A stretch of 62,984 nucleotides of DNA, counting the filler, from Pelomyxa schiedti (taxonomy: Eukaryota > Protista > Evosea): NCBI GenBank assembly GCA_020536535.1. It is 5 parts of 5 records of this genome, joined end to end, with 100 filler letters (N's around TTAATTAATTAA, not from the genome) between each part and the next. Parts side by side here need not be neighbours in the genome. Positions count along the whole stretch, not along the records: positions 29,742 to 59,824 come from JAHLWZ010000402.1; 4 more parts are not named here. One strand, written 5' to 3'. The position numbers and the translations under genes were made by a program. This document shows positions 35,801 to 48,899 of this stretch, piece after piece; the stretch's first letter is position 1, and every line of letters starts with the position of its first letter. The notes beneath the pieces were generated by a model. That model was given only the letters and a program-made list of their open reading frames with translations, did no database searches and had not been told where the DNA came from.

Positions 35801-37300
35801 CCTAAATCTGGAGGAGTCCAAAATTTAGACTTACTCCAAGCAATAAATCGAGAGAAGCAGTTCTGGTTGTCTTTCAAGGATTCAAGGTAATTTCTCAACA
35901 GTGATAATTTTGTTGGAATGCCTATCAATCCATTTCATAGCCTCATCATAGCAAAGCCTGAGGTGAAGAAGTAATACTTCAAAAACCCAAATGACAGATT
36001 TCTGCCCTTGGCACTTTTGGGCAATTAACTGCTCCAATAGTGTAACATTCCTCAACCTCATGCACTTCTCCACTGTAGTGGGAATGCCAAGGATATGATT
36101 TTCTTCTTGGAAAAAAGTGGCCAACTTGAATTGGCAATAAGTTAACACAGCTGCTTTCAAGACAATTTCTACTTTCTTCCTCTCATCCTCAGTAACAAAA
36201 GCGTGGATGCCGGGAATTTTTGGAAGGATGTAACCATCGGGAAGTGCCCCCAGACCGTTCAACAGCTGCCTGATGACTGCTGGATCACCAAAGAAACCAA
36301 GCGCTATCTGCTTCACGTCATCCAAACAATCAAACCTGATTTGATGCCCACTTGCTGAGCAGCAATTCTTGTGAGTGCCACAACGCTTTCGTTGCACAGG
36401 ATCACCCTCTGTGCTAGCATCCCACCGCGGTCATCGTTCACAATCGAAATTATGTCACGGCTATCAGCATTTTCGAGTCTCTTCAGACTGAGCACGGTGA
36501 TCCCAGGACCTAAGGTTGGCGCCTTTGTACATAAGGCCGAATCAGTGGTGCTGGCGTGTGAGCCTCTGTAGTCTCCTCCTGAAAACCCATCCAGTGGACA
36601 TGGGCTGGTTAACCCAACAGCTCTCTTTGCCTCTGTCAGCACACTTTCCACGGTCCCCTTTGGGATCCTGACCACCTGTGGGAGCCCCTCATTGCCAAGT
36701 TCCACAATATCCTCCAGGTCTTGGAAACCTGCCCGAGTTAAAACTGAGGGAACGGTCGCAATCATCGATAGTGGTGTCCCCCCAGGGTCTACCTGTGGTC
36801 CCAGCCTCCGACGTAGCTTGAGGAGCCGCCCAACCGGTAAATCTAGCCCAGTCTGCAAGGGAATGCCACTGCTTCCAATTTGTGCAACCAGCACATCCCT
36901 CAGCACATGCAACGTGCACGGATGTCCCAGTTTGCACAGAGCTGTGCGGATGGACTCCTCTTCCTGGCTCATACCAATTTCTGTGCGTCAAGTATCAGAT
37001 ATCATTTGGTCGGGTGGGGGAAAACAAGAACCTGAGAGCTTCTGCTTCAGCCCACCATCATCCACGCCGCAGTCGCCGAGGTGTCTCAAGCAGACTTCCC
37101 GCACCGTTTTGTACAGCGCCGCGTCGCAGTCTGCTTGGTTTTCGTCCAGTAAAGCCAGGAACTCCCCGATTGGCGTTTCGTCGACGTCGAAGCCCAAGGA
37201 CTCCAGCGGCGACACATCAATACCCGCGCTCTCGAGTGCCTCTCGAACGCTGCCGTTCCCTGCTTCGACCTTTTGCATGGCGGAGGAAATCAATGGTTCT
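32840..37300 (-). pseudogene. Giant GBP/atlastin(RHD3)-type GTPase - Cys/His zinc fingers - vWA protein, disrupted
   Basis: LVPIQVARA...VRVLTSMGKQSTG (G1, broken), GGRCTDGCWM (G2), LDFEGL (G3), AKD (G4); Cys/His-finger block on the opposite strand at ~33162-33530; vWA-like SIVLYDS...GGGT; N-terminal HhH/SAM-like LTRAGFQDLEDIVEL...RIPKG. Confidence 0.8.
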
Positions 37301-37790
37301 GAAAAGGGAAAAAACCCTTGGGGACAAGGGTTTACACTGGAGCCAAGTTGGGTTTCCCACAGAAAGAACGTTGTTCTCGGCACGGCAACACGAGTACAAC
37401 GACAAGGTATTGCAACACGCACGGGGGTTTGCCGACTTTCGTGTGACACCGCTGGGTACCGTAGATGCCTGTTCCCCTAAATCTCACCAGGTCTTTTTGT
37501 CATCAACCTGTTGGACAGAGTCTGCGTGGACTACAAGCTTCTGTATTTCCAGCAGCCTGGCACTGGTGTGGCTCCTTTTTAGGGTGCCACCTTGTATTAC
37601 TTGACATTGCCCAGTTTTTTACTGTTCCTGTGCAACAAGCTACTGCCACACAACACAGCATGCTTCAAGTGAAATTGAGTGGAGCTGCTGGTCTGATTTA
37701 GTTCTTGAGTGTGCAGTTGAGGCTTTTCAGCAAGTACTAATAAAAGATACAAAAAGATGTTTTGTTTTAGATTGCCACAAAACAGATGGT

Positions 37791-39284
37791 CTACACATGC
37801 AGAGCCAGCAATTTGTTACCAACGGCTGCAGCAATCCATTCAGGCTGGAAAGACCACGTCAAGTGGTTGATTTCTCCCTCGGCTTCATATTGTCGGCTGG
37901 GACAATCTACCGGTTTTGGAAGGCTACATAAGTCCCACACCTTATCAATGTTGAGTTGTTTTTATTGGGGGTTGGCTGTTGGATGTAAGGTTGCATACTA
38001 AGGCGAGTCTGTCCTCCGCACCTGTGCATATCAGTCGCGATGAATGGGGTGCCCAGGTCACTGCATTGACAAATCCAATGTGACCCTGAAGAGAGACGGT
38101 AAAATGTGAGTGTGTTTGAAAGTAAGTTTGGCAAAGATGTGAAAATACATAAAGCTCTGCAGCTGCTACAGAAGGGCTCCGGATATCTAAGATGATGACC
38201 TAAAAAAGATGGGTAAGAGTATAATTATAATCACAAGGCTCACCTTGTTGGCTTCCAAGCTAAAGGTTGCAAGTAAAAACGGATCTTGTCGGTTCCATGA
38301 TAGACGGAGGAGGGGTGATAGGTTCGAATTTTCGTACATAATCGTGGAGTGCTCAAGTGATCGCAAATCAAACATGCGCAAGGAACCGTCTGCACCAACA
38401 GAAGCAAAAACTTCTGTGCTTTGATACTGAAATGCGATGTCATATACTTCTTTGTCGTGTGCTATGAGCTGAGTTTTTACCTGCAATATGGTAAAGGAGA
38501 AATAACCATCAGCATTTAGAGAGGTGACCTTATGGTTCTCAACACTCCAAATTGTGCATGTTTTATCAATCGAAGCAGTGCCGATTATGTCGGGATTTGT
38601 CTCATTCCAATCAAACGAAGTTAGAGGACCGCAAAATTCCGATTGCTTGGAGCTATTTGACAGATTGACTTTCAGCCCAACCTGGCCAGTTGTGTTTACT
38701 TCCCACACACGGAGTGAGTCCCCACTTGTAGCTTTTGAAATATTTGATTAGTTTTAGTGTTTGTGGGTTGGTTTAGGATTTCATTTGATTCCTTTCATTG
38801 TAATCAGGTAAAGTTAATATGTCCCTCGACTTCCAAGCATAGGAATGTATTTAATAAAGGGATGGAAGTACAAACCAAATAAATCAAGAGCTGAGGATTT
38901 GGATGGATGCCACATGGCCTTTGTTGCCGGGAAAGGCATGTCAAATTCCGCAGTGGCCTCCAACGCATCACGCGACCTCGAGAGTTGCACCACGCGGCCC
39001 TTGCTCACGGCCTCCTCGCTGTAACCACACGTCACGAGCCTGAACGGCCGATCGGGCCTACAGCTCCACCCTGTCGCGTACAACGGCCACGGTGCATCGT
39101 ACGTGTATATGTCTCGTGAACTCTGCTGCGCTGTATTGTGGGTTTGTATTGTTGTTTGAACTACGTGAGATCTCGTGTTTGTTTGTTTTTTTTGGTATGG
39201 TTGCAGTAGGTGTGAGACTTCGTATTTTTTTATTTTATTTTATTTTATTTTTTTTTTTGACGCCTTACTGTCTTCGTCTGACAT
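37791..39284 (-). CDS. DCAF7: WD40 protein DCAF7/WDR68/AN11 orthologue, multi-exon, apparently intact
   Basis: [24 protein letters not shown]; [29 protein letters not shown]; [16 protein letters not shown]; [23 protein letters not shown]; [16 protein letters not shown]; [10 protein letters not shown]...PEWIA. Splice sites are canonical. Confidence 0.95.
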
Positions 39285-42179
39285 CGAAGCAGCAACAAAG
39301 GGAAGCAAAAAAAAAAAAAAAAGAAATCAAATCACTCGCTCGTGTCGCCTCGTTGTATTTTTTTGAGGAAAGAAAGAAAAGGAGATCGAATCAAGACGAG
39401 TGATTTTCCGATAAAGAGAGCAGGGCGTTGAGCATCTCGGGGACTGGGTGGGTGTTGGCAAGATCAAAGTCCAAATGGTTGTGTTGCGGAACTGCCTGGA
39501 GCTGCGATGCCAGGTTGGTGAGGTAATGTCCAGAGGCACTAGGTGCGTATTAATTGTGGGTCAGAGGTGTTGCTTGGATTTTGACTGTTTTGCAAGGTGG
39601 AATTGAGGGAATGATAAGAACCTGGAGGATTGTAGGCAGCCGGCAACGGGAACATCGGAAGAGGGCGAGCTGTTGAAGAGGCGCGGGTATGACATTGGCA
39701 GGGCCATTGGTTCGCGGAATGTGAATCTGGGGAGGAATTCCGGTGAGTTTCGGAGTTGGTTTTTAAGTGGGAGTGTGGAAGGATTGTGGAAGGATGCACA
39801 CCCAATTGAGCGGGAGCTCCCGGTTCTTGCTATCAACTCATCGAGAGAAGGTTCTGATAGAACTGTAGTGGATGCAGTTGATGTTGTTGTGGTTGTGGTT
39901 GTTGAAGTAGTTTGGTCTGGGAGTGCACACCTCATGGTGACACTCTCTGCGTAAGGTAAGCTGGGCTGTAATGGCTATGAGTGACAATGAGAAGGGCGAG
40001 CAAAACTCAACCTTGAAGAAAGGACTCAGCGATGTTAAAAACGGAGCAGAGTACAGAGGTTGGGGTGGAGGAAGGGATGCAGATAGCGGCACGGGTAGAG
40101 GGAGTGCGGCCCATAATGAAGTACACGGGTTTACAAAGTTGCTTACAATTCCAGCCATTCCAACCCTAAAGGTGCTCCTATAGCATGTTTCTTAGGCTTC
40201 TGTATATTGTTTATACATAACATAAACAATACAGATAGGATACCACAGAATCAGTGTTTTTACCTATAGGGCAGAGTTACCAGGTCAATTCCAGTCGCCA
40301 GGGCAGCACTTGAATGATACCATAATGACATCTACATGGAGGTTGGTATGCAAGGCTTACACTGGACATACATACATCAGTTCCGCTAGCCATGGAGGGA
40401 AACGAGGAATTGCAGAGATGATGTGATGACAGAGGAACATAGAGTGAGCTAAGTGGAAGTAATGAAGTCACACCCAATGCCACATTCAATGTCCTTTTCT
40501 CCTTCCTTTTCTGCAGAAAGTAAGATTGAAAGACTCTGGCGACTGGAATTGACCTGGTAACTCTGCCCTATAGGTAAAAACACTGATTCTGTGGTATCCT
40601 ATCTGTATTGTTTATGTTATGTATAAACAATAAACAGAAGCCTAAGAAACATGCTATAGGAGCACCTTTAGGGTTGGAATGGCTGGAATTGTAAGCAACT
40701 TTGTAAACCCGTGCACTTCATTATGGGCCGCACTCCCTCTACCCGTGCCGCTATCTGCATCCCTTCCTCCACCCCAACCTCTGTACTCTGCTCCGTTTTT
40801 AACATCGCTGAGTCCTTTCTTCAAGGTTGAGTTTTGCTCGCCCTTCTCATTGCCACTCATCGCCATTACAGCCCAGCTTACCTTACGCAGAGAGTGTCAC
40901 CATGAGGTGTGCACTCCCAGACCAAACTACTTCAACAACCACAACCACAACAACATCAACTGCATCCACTACAGTTCTATCAGAACCTTCTCTCGATGAG
41001 TTGATAGCAAGAACCGGGACCTCCCGCTCAATTGGGTATGCATCCTCCACACTCCCACTTAAAAACCAACTCCAAAACTCACCGGAATTCCTCCCCAGAT
41101 TCACATTCCGCGAACCAATGGCCCTGCCAATGTCATACCCGCACCTCTTCAACAGCTCGTCCTCCTCCGATGTTCCTGTTGTCGGCTGTCTACAATCCTC
41201 CAGGTTCTTATCATTCCCCCCTCTCAATTCTCAATCTCTCCCATCCCTCTCAATTCCACCTTGCAAAACAGTCAAAATCCACAACAAACTCAAACAAACC
41301 CCTTGACCCATAATTAGTGCCTCTGGACATTACCTCGCCAACCTGGCGTCGCAGCTCCAGGCTGTTCCGCAACACAACCATTTGGACTTTGATCTGGCCA
41401 ACACCCACCCAGTCCCCGAGATGCTCAACGCCCTGCTCTCTTTATCGGAAACATCGTTTTGATTGATCTCCTTTTCTTTGTTTCTTAAAACAAAAAAGAT
41501 ACAACGAGGCGACACGAGCGAGTGATTTGATTTCTTTTCTTTTTTTTTTTTTGCTTCCCTTTGTTGCTGCTTCGATGTCAGACGAAGACAGTAAGGCGTT
41601 CAAAAAAAAAAAAAAAAAAAAAAGTCTCACACGTACTGCAACCACACGATGCCAAAAAAAATCCAAACGAGATCTCACGTAGGTTCCAACAACAATAAAA
41701 ACCCACAATACAGCGCAGCAGAGTTCACGAGACATATACACGTACGATGCACCGTGGCCGTTGTACGCGACCGGGTGGAGCTGTAGGCCCGATCGGCCGT
41801 TCAGGCTCGTGACGTGTGGTTACAGCGAGGAGGCCGTGAGCAAGGGCCGCGTGGTGCAACTCTCGAGGTCGCGTGACGCGTTGGAGGCCACTGCGGAATT
41901 TGACATGCCTTTCCCGGCAACAAAGGCCATGTGGCATCCATCCAAATCCTCAGCTCTTGATCTATTTGGTTTGCACTTCCATCCCTTCATTAAATACATT
42001 CCTATGCTTGGAAGTCGAGGGACATACTAACTTTTCCTGATTACAATGAAAGGAATCAAAATGAAATCCTAAACCAACCCACAAACACTAAAACTAATCA
42101 AATATTTCAAAAGCTACAAGTGGGGACTCACTCCGTGTGTGGGAAGTAAACACAACTGGCCAGGTTGGGCTGAAAGTCA
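38666..42179. repeat. Inverted duplication, arms <=38666-40301 and 40536->=42179, 234-bp spacer
   Basis: Reverse-complement match with scattered substitutions and indels; the right arm ends in a gap. Confidence 0.92.
41575..42179 (+). pseudogene. DCAF7: Partial 5' copy of DCAF7 in the right arm
   Basis: ATG TCA GAC GAA GAC at 41575 and exon 2 are near-identical; the sequence after the gap does not continue DCAF7. Confidence 0.8.
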
Positions 42180-44672
42180 NNNNNNNNNNNNNNNNNNNNN
42201 NNNNNNNNNNNNNNNNNNNNNNNNNNNNNNNNNNNNNNNNNNNNNNNNNNNNNNNNNNNNNNNNNNNNNNNNNNNNNNNGAAGCTTTAAGATTGCATCAA
42301 AATTGAAGCTGAGCCAACCTGCTAGGAGTTTACAAACAGGGACATTCTCATGCTGATTCCAGTATGAAATCAACACCATGACATGATGTTGACCATCTCT
42401 ATCTTTTAGTTCGTTTTTTTTATTGAATCAACCTCTTGGATTGCTTGTTGTAATTCCTGTTGTTCTAGGCTACTAATGGCACGCACCAGTTTAGTAATGG
42501 TTGTTGTACTCATAAAGTCTTCCTTTGTAAAGGAGCCTTTGAGAATAAGCTAAGACAAATCAGAGCCTCCACAAAGGTGATTAAATACATACAGAACACA
42601 AGGCTAGCACCTCAGGAATCTTGTTGATGCTCACCATCAATGAAAGGTCTCTCAAAGCACAAGCTCTCATCTGAGAGAAATCACACTTGAGTAATTGTGT
42701 CTTACATACCAATTTCTTTTTCTGTTTTGCTGACAATGTGGATTGGACTTGACAATGATCCTGCAAGAGTCCATTCACCAGTTGGGTCAATTGTCTTACT
42801 TGTTTCTTTGAGGAGATGTGATGCCCTAGGATTTTCTCACAAATCCCTGTTGGTATTCTTTCTTGCCGACCTATAGAAAGTCAGAAAAAGGATGAGGGTC
42901 TAACATAACTCTTTCTGGTCTGGACCAGATCCAGAATTTTCTTGTGTTTTTTGGGTAGAGTTGGTTTGACCCCCATAAAATAATGTTTACCATGACTATT
43001 TCGAAAATTTCTATATCATCGAGTGAAATTCGCTATCCAAGTATTTAACTGCTTACCAAACGCAAATACAAGCCAATAAACCAATAAATACAACTGAAAT
43101 GAATAAATAGAGTGGTAATAATGCTACATAGCTTTGGATGATTTCTGAGCTTCGATATCTAGCATTCCCACGTTTGTATGAACGTTTGCCGGGTGTTGTA
43201 TGTATGATTCCCATCATTTCCGTACTAATCCTGTTGCAGGATGCTGCAAGTGCCGGAAATGTCAGCTTCAGTGCCAGTAATATCCTCGAAAATTTTCCGG
43301 TTGAGAGCGGGATTCTGCAGCATCACTCTTGTAATGCCATCATTGTTCCACCATGCCGGTATCTGCTTTCTTCGAACGAAATTTCTTTTTTGTGATCGCT
43401 TCAATGATGACGCGGTACAGCAGTGAGGTAGTCCTCGTTGTTAGAACGCAACGATTGGCGATCCACGTGGTGGTTGAGATGTCGTGCGATGTCGAGTGCA
43501 AGACGCAATCTTGGAATCATGTAGTGCTTGAACAATGCGCTGTGGAGCTCAGAGTTCAGCTCGGGTCTGGATCCTCAGTGAGGACCACGAGCCACCTGCC
43601 TCAAAGTGTAAACACAAGCACTTCTACTCTTCGGTACTGTTTTAGTGTGGTTGGGTGGGGCGAACTACGTGGGAGCGTAGGAAATTATTTACTAATCGGC
43701 AATAGTTGTTTTTTCCCTTTTCCCACCAACATCCTTAGACAGCACAGGTAGCTTTAGCATTTGCCATGTTCTCTTCCCATATTTCCGTCGTATCCTGAGC
43801 CCTGAGAAGATTTATGGGGCATCACCTTAAAAGGATAGATTCATACTTGGATTAATCTACTGTATGTAAAACTCCACTCGTTTTGTTTCAAGTTTTCAGC
43901 AGGCGACTGAGGGAGGGCCTTGCGTGGATCCACTTCGTGCATTGGTACAAAGAGTGGCTGCTGTGAATGTTCAGGTATTATTTATTTTGGGCCGCAAACG
44001 CAGCAACTATCATTTCAAATGCAACCGCAAATGCAACAACCATTTCAAATGCAACGCAAGTCAACCACAACCAAGTTTGATCCCCCATCCAGGATTCTAA
44101 CCTTGACTCTTCTTGTGCTCGGCAGATAGATCATATGTTGTTTTTTTTTTATTATTTTGTATTTTTCGAAAATTCGAATTTTTTCATAAATAATAAGTTT
44201 ATTTTGTTTGTATATTTTGTTTGCACGTTGTTGTTATTTTCTTTGTGTTACAGTTTCAACAACACATTATTATTAATATATTAATTCCCTTTTTCTGCCA
44301 CTAACTATGAACAGAGCAGCCCCGCTCCGTTTTCGTGAGTGAGAACTTGGCTCTGTTTGAGCATATTGGTGGCGACAGACCAAGTGAGAACAGGGGTGTG
44401 TTCCCTACTTCCCTTTTCTTTCCCCCATTCACCCTGGAGACGCGGATCTCAGCATTGCCCAGCCTGAATGCATTTGTGTCCAGCCCTCACCCACTGCATT
44501 CCCCTGCAGGGTTTCACGCACTTCGGTTGAATTTGTGTACCCCACGCCCTCTCTTTTTCCCCACTGACTCCTTGAGCAGCAGCTTGTGGTTGGTGACCAC
44601 CTACCAGGCTTTGGTATGTGGTCCACAATACTTTAGATTTTTGTCACCCAAAAAATAACGAAAGGAAATAAA

Positions 44673-47398
44673 ATGGGGAACAGCCAAAGCACATCCTCGA
44701 CGTCGGACCCGGTTGATGGCAGCGACGAGTTTCAGAGGGCGATTCGTGAGCGTGATGCTTTCTTCGCGAGGCTGGGGCGGTGGGCCACAGTCGACGACGT
44801 GCAAAACACAGAGGGGAGTGTGGTGGTGGCATCAAACTTCAGGCTCGTGAGAGTCATCTCACAAGGGTGCGACGGTGTGTGTGATTCAACCAACGAAACG
44901 AAACGAAACTAAACGAAACCAAACGAAACAGAGATTGGGTTTGAGGTGAAATGCATTGGGTCAGGGCACCCCAAGTTGTTCATGCACCAGTCATATGTTC
45001 TCAAGGCTCCTTTCAATTATGGTTTCACCACAACAGAAACAAGTGTTGATGATGACTTTGAGGCATTGTGTCTTCTTCTGCTTTTATTTCTCACCATCTT
45101 TTTTTCTGTGTACTCCTCCTGACTTCTTCTCTTTTTTCTCTCTCTCTCTCTCCATCTCATCAGAATGAGAACATTGTTGCTTCAGTTTTGGATGCACACC
45201 AATCAAACCGATATCTTTGCCACTTCACAGACCGCATCCCACAAGAGTATCACAACCACCTTCCACCAGCCGCAAAGGAGCTTGCATTTGACCCAGTGCA
45301 CAACAGGATGCGTGCATGTGTGTGGGTTGTCCTTGAGCGTCATCACTCTGAGACATGGGACCAATTTCTAACTCACGTTGATGATGCTCAGGACATGTAT
45401 GACCTTGGGGTGTGTTATTACAATGGTGATGGTGTTGGCAAGGACATTCATGTGGCAGTGTCACTGTTCCAAAGGGCAGCTGATGCTGGTAATGCCAAAG
45501 CAATGTGTGACCTTGGTGTGTGTTATGAAAATGGCAATGGTGTTGACAGGGATCTCAGCAAGGCAGTCACACTGTATCAGAGGGCTACTAGTCTTGGTAT
45601 TACCTGGGCAATGTGCAACCTTGGTGAATGTTATGAAACTGGAAATGGTGTGGAGAAGGATGTTTGCAAGGCAGTGTCACTGTATCAGAGGGCCGCTGAT
45701 GCTGGTGATGCCATTGGAATGTTCAACCTTGGTGAATGTTATAGAAATGGCAGTGGTGTTGACAAGGACGTTCACAAGGCAGTGTCACTGTATCAGAGGG
45801 CTGCTGGTTCTGGTAATGCCATCGCAATGCGCATTCTTGCTCTGCATTATTACAAAGGCAATGGTGTTGAGAAGGACGTTCACAAGGCAGTGTCACTGTT
45901 CCAGAGGGCTGCTGATGCTGGTGATACCATCGCAATGTGCATCCTTGGGGTGTGTTATCACAATGGCGATGGTGTTGAGAAGGATGTTCACAAGGCAGTG
46001 ATGTTGTATCAGAGGGCTGCTGATGCTGGTGGTGCCTCAGCAATGGCCCAACTTGGTTACTGTTATCAAAATGGTGATGGTGTTGAGAAGGATGTTCACA
46101 AGGCAGTGTCACTGTTCCAGAGGGCTGCTGATGCTGGTGATGCCAAAGCAATGTTCAACCTTGGTGTGTGTTATCACAATGGCGATGGTGTTGAGAAGGA
46201 TGTTCACAAGGCAGTGCCACTGTGGCAGAGGGCCGCTGATGCTGGTGATGCCAAAGCAATGATCAACCTTGGTGTGTGTTATCACAATGGTGATGGTGTT
46301 AAGAAGGATGTTAACAAGGCAGTGTTACTGTTCCAGAGGGCTGCTGATGCTGGTGTTGCCAACGCAATTGGCAAACTTGGTGACTGTTATGACAATGGTG
46401 ATGGTGTTGAGAAGGATGTTCATAAGGCAGTGTCACTGTGGCAGAGGGCTGCTGATGCTGGTGATGCCTCGGCAATGGTCCAACTTGGTTACTGTTATCA
46501 AAATGGCAAGGGGGTTGAGAAGGATGTTCACAAGGCAGTGTCACTGTGGCAGAGGGCTTCTGATGCTGGTGATGCCAAAGCAATGAGCAACCTTGGAGTG
46601 TGTTACAAAAGAGGCATTGGTGTTGAGAAGGATGTTCACATGGCAGTGTCACTGTTCCAGAGGGCTGCTGATGCTTCTCCCACAGCAACGGTCAACCTTG
46701 GTTTGTGTTATGAACTTGGTGATGGTGTTGAGAAGGATGTTCACAAGGCAGTCACACTGTATCAGAGGGCTGCTGATGCTGGTGATGCCAACGCAATGTT
46801 CAACCTTGGTTTGTGTTATGAAAGAGGCAATGGTGTTGAGAAGGATGTTCACATGGCAGTGTCACTGTTCCGGAGGGCTGCTGATGCTGGTGATGCCATG
46901 GCAATGTGCAACCTTGGTGACTGTTATTACTATGGTGATGGTGTGGACAAGGACGCTCACAAGGCAGTGTCACTGTTCCAGAGGGCTGCTGATGCTGGTG
47001 ATGCCAAAGCAATGTTCAAACTTGGTTTGTGTTATCAAAGCGGCAGTGGTGTTGAGAACGATGTTCACAAGGCAGTGTCACTGTTCCAGAGGGCTGCTGA
47101 TGCTGGTGATGCCAAAGCAATGTGCAAACTTGGTGACTGTTATTATGATGGTGATGGGGTAGACAAGGACATTCACAAGGCAGTGATGCTGTATCGGAGG
47201 GCTGCTGATTCTGGTAGTGCTCAGGCACTGCACTGCCTTGCATTGCGTTACAGCCGAGGTGTGGATGGTTTTGCCAAGGACATTCATCAGGCACAGAGAC
47301 TGTGGCTGTGGGCTGCTTCCCTTGGTAATGTTGATGCCCTGGTGGAACTAAACAATCGTAAAGGGAAAGATTTTTGGAGGTTTTTCTCCTTTTTTTGA
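44673..47398 (+). CDS. N-myristoylation-motif protein with kinase N-lobe remnant and 18 tandem Sel1 repeats
   Basis: MGNSQS start; FRLVRVISQGCDG (Gly-loop-like) and YVLKAPFNYG (VAIK-like); no HRD/DFG; 18 x 36-aa LG.CY..G.GVEKDVHKAVSLFQRAADAG in one exon (108-bp period, ~45390-47340). Confidence 0.9.
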
Positions 47399-48899
47399 GA
47401 AAAAACCCCAACAGACAAAGAACACACCAACTACCACCCACATTTTCAATGGACTTTCAATAAATCAGAAACAACTGTTTAAAGGCCAGCCCATAGCACT
47501 GATCGCTCTTTTTTTTTCCAAGTTTCAAGGAGTTCTCAAGAAACCTGGGACCAAAGCACTGAAGTTTTTGGCATCAGTGGTGTTCTGTTCAATGACAGGT
47601 ATCACACTCGCTTCTCTTCTTCAAGAGTGTGGTGTGTGTGGCTGATGCCAGTTTTGTGTGCTTCTGTGGGATGTGCAGGGAGCATTCTACACTATCCATG
47701 GCCTTGGCACATACCACACCTTTCAGTGGTGTTGCCACACATGTGTTCACCTGGGTCACTGGTATTGCTAGGTACTGCCTCATGCTCATCCACAGTGTTT
47801 TTAATTCTGAGGTATGTGGTGGCAGAGACATAAATCCAATGTAGCAAGTGTGTGATTCTGCAAACAAAACAGGCAAACTGTGTGCAATGTCACACAACGA
47901 ACTACACATCCCACAGAAGCACACATTTTGGTGGAGGCTTTGCGGTGTTGATTCTTGAGCACCACAACAACGGCCACAACCATGGATACATGCAGTACAA
48001 CAACGAGATTCATGCACAACAAGCACTAGTACTTCACTATCTATCGCACCATACTTCATCGCCGACACGTACAACTGGAACGACTTCTCGGACATCACCA
48101 ACGCGAGCACTACTACAACGCGTACACCGTTTGCGCACGCTCGACATCGGCATCGTTGTCACTTCTGTACCGCGTCATCTTCATCACTGAAGCGATCACA
48201 AAAAGAATATCGTTCAAAGAAAGCATCAGTTCTATTAATCTGAAATCTCTTGCGACATCATGGCATGCTAGATATGCAGAATCAAAAAATTTTCAAAATA
48301 GTCATGGGAAACATTATTTTCAATGAGGGATACATACCCTACCCATGCACATACTCTGTCTGTGCATGTGGAATAGCTACAAAGCTATGTATCAATTTCC
48401 ACTGTCAGAATTACCATAAAATCGGTTCATCAACCCTAAATGATTCGTTAGTCAATTTAAAACAAAGATAACCTGAACCTATGTTTCACATTTCTGCACA
48501 GGGATTGCAGAACAGAAGGAAAACTTTGTCAGTGGACCACCCTATACTAGACTGTCTGCACCATCTTGTGATGGATGCACAGCCTGAGAGATCTGGACAC
48601 CAAGCCAGAATCTATGAGCCAACATTCATATCATCGACACCAGAATTTTCTGCATGAGGTTAGTTCATCATCTCTGGAAGAGAATGGCATTACCTTGCTC
48701 AAATCAGAGGCAGTGCAAGATGGACAACCTGAGGAATTTCTGGCAATTCTGATGCCAAGTCTGCACACAGCATAGGTGCAAATTCCTGAATGGCGCTGCA
48801 CAAGAACATGAAGCTCAGCAACAAGAGCATTGCGAGCAATCTAGCATTTTCTCTAGGACCACCATGAGCAAGAATAGTCTGAGGACCAACGCATCATTT

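Noticed and set aside
42280-44300. Coding genes in short ORFs
   Set aside because: No motifs, consistent splicing pattern or long frame; left unannotated.
45390-47340. CRISPR-like or non-coding 108-bp repeat; long alternative-frame ORFs
   Set aside because: The repeats are in-frame Sel1 units; other-frame and antisense ORFs are shadows.
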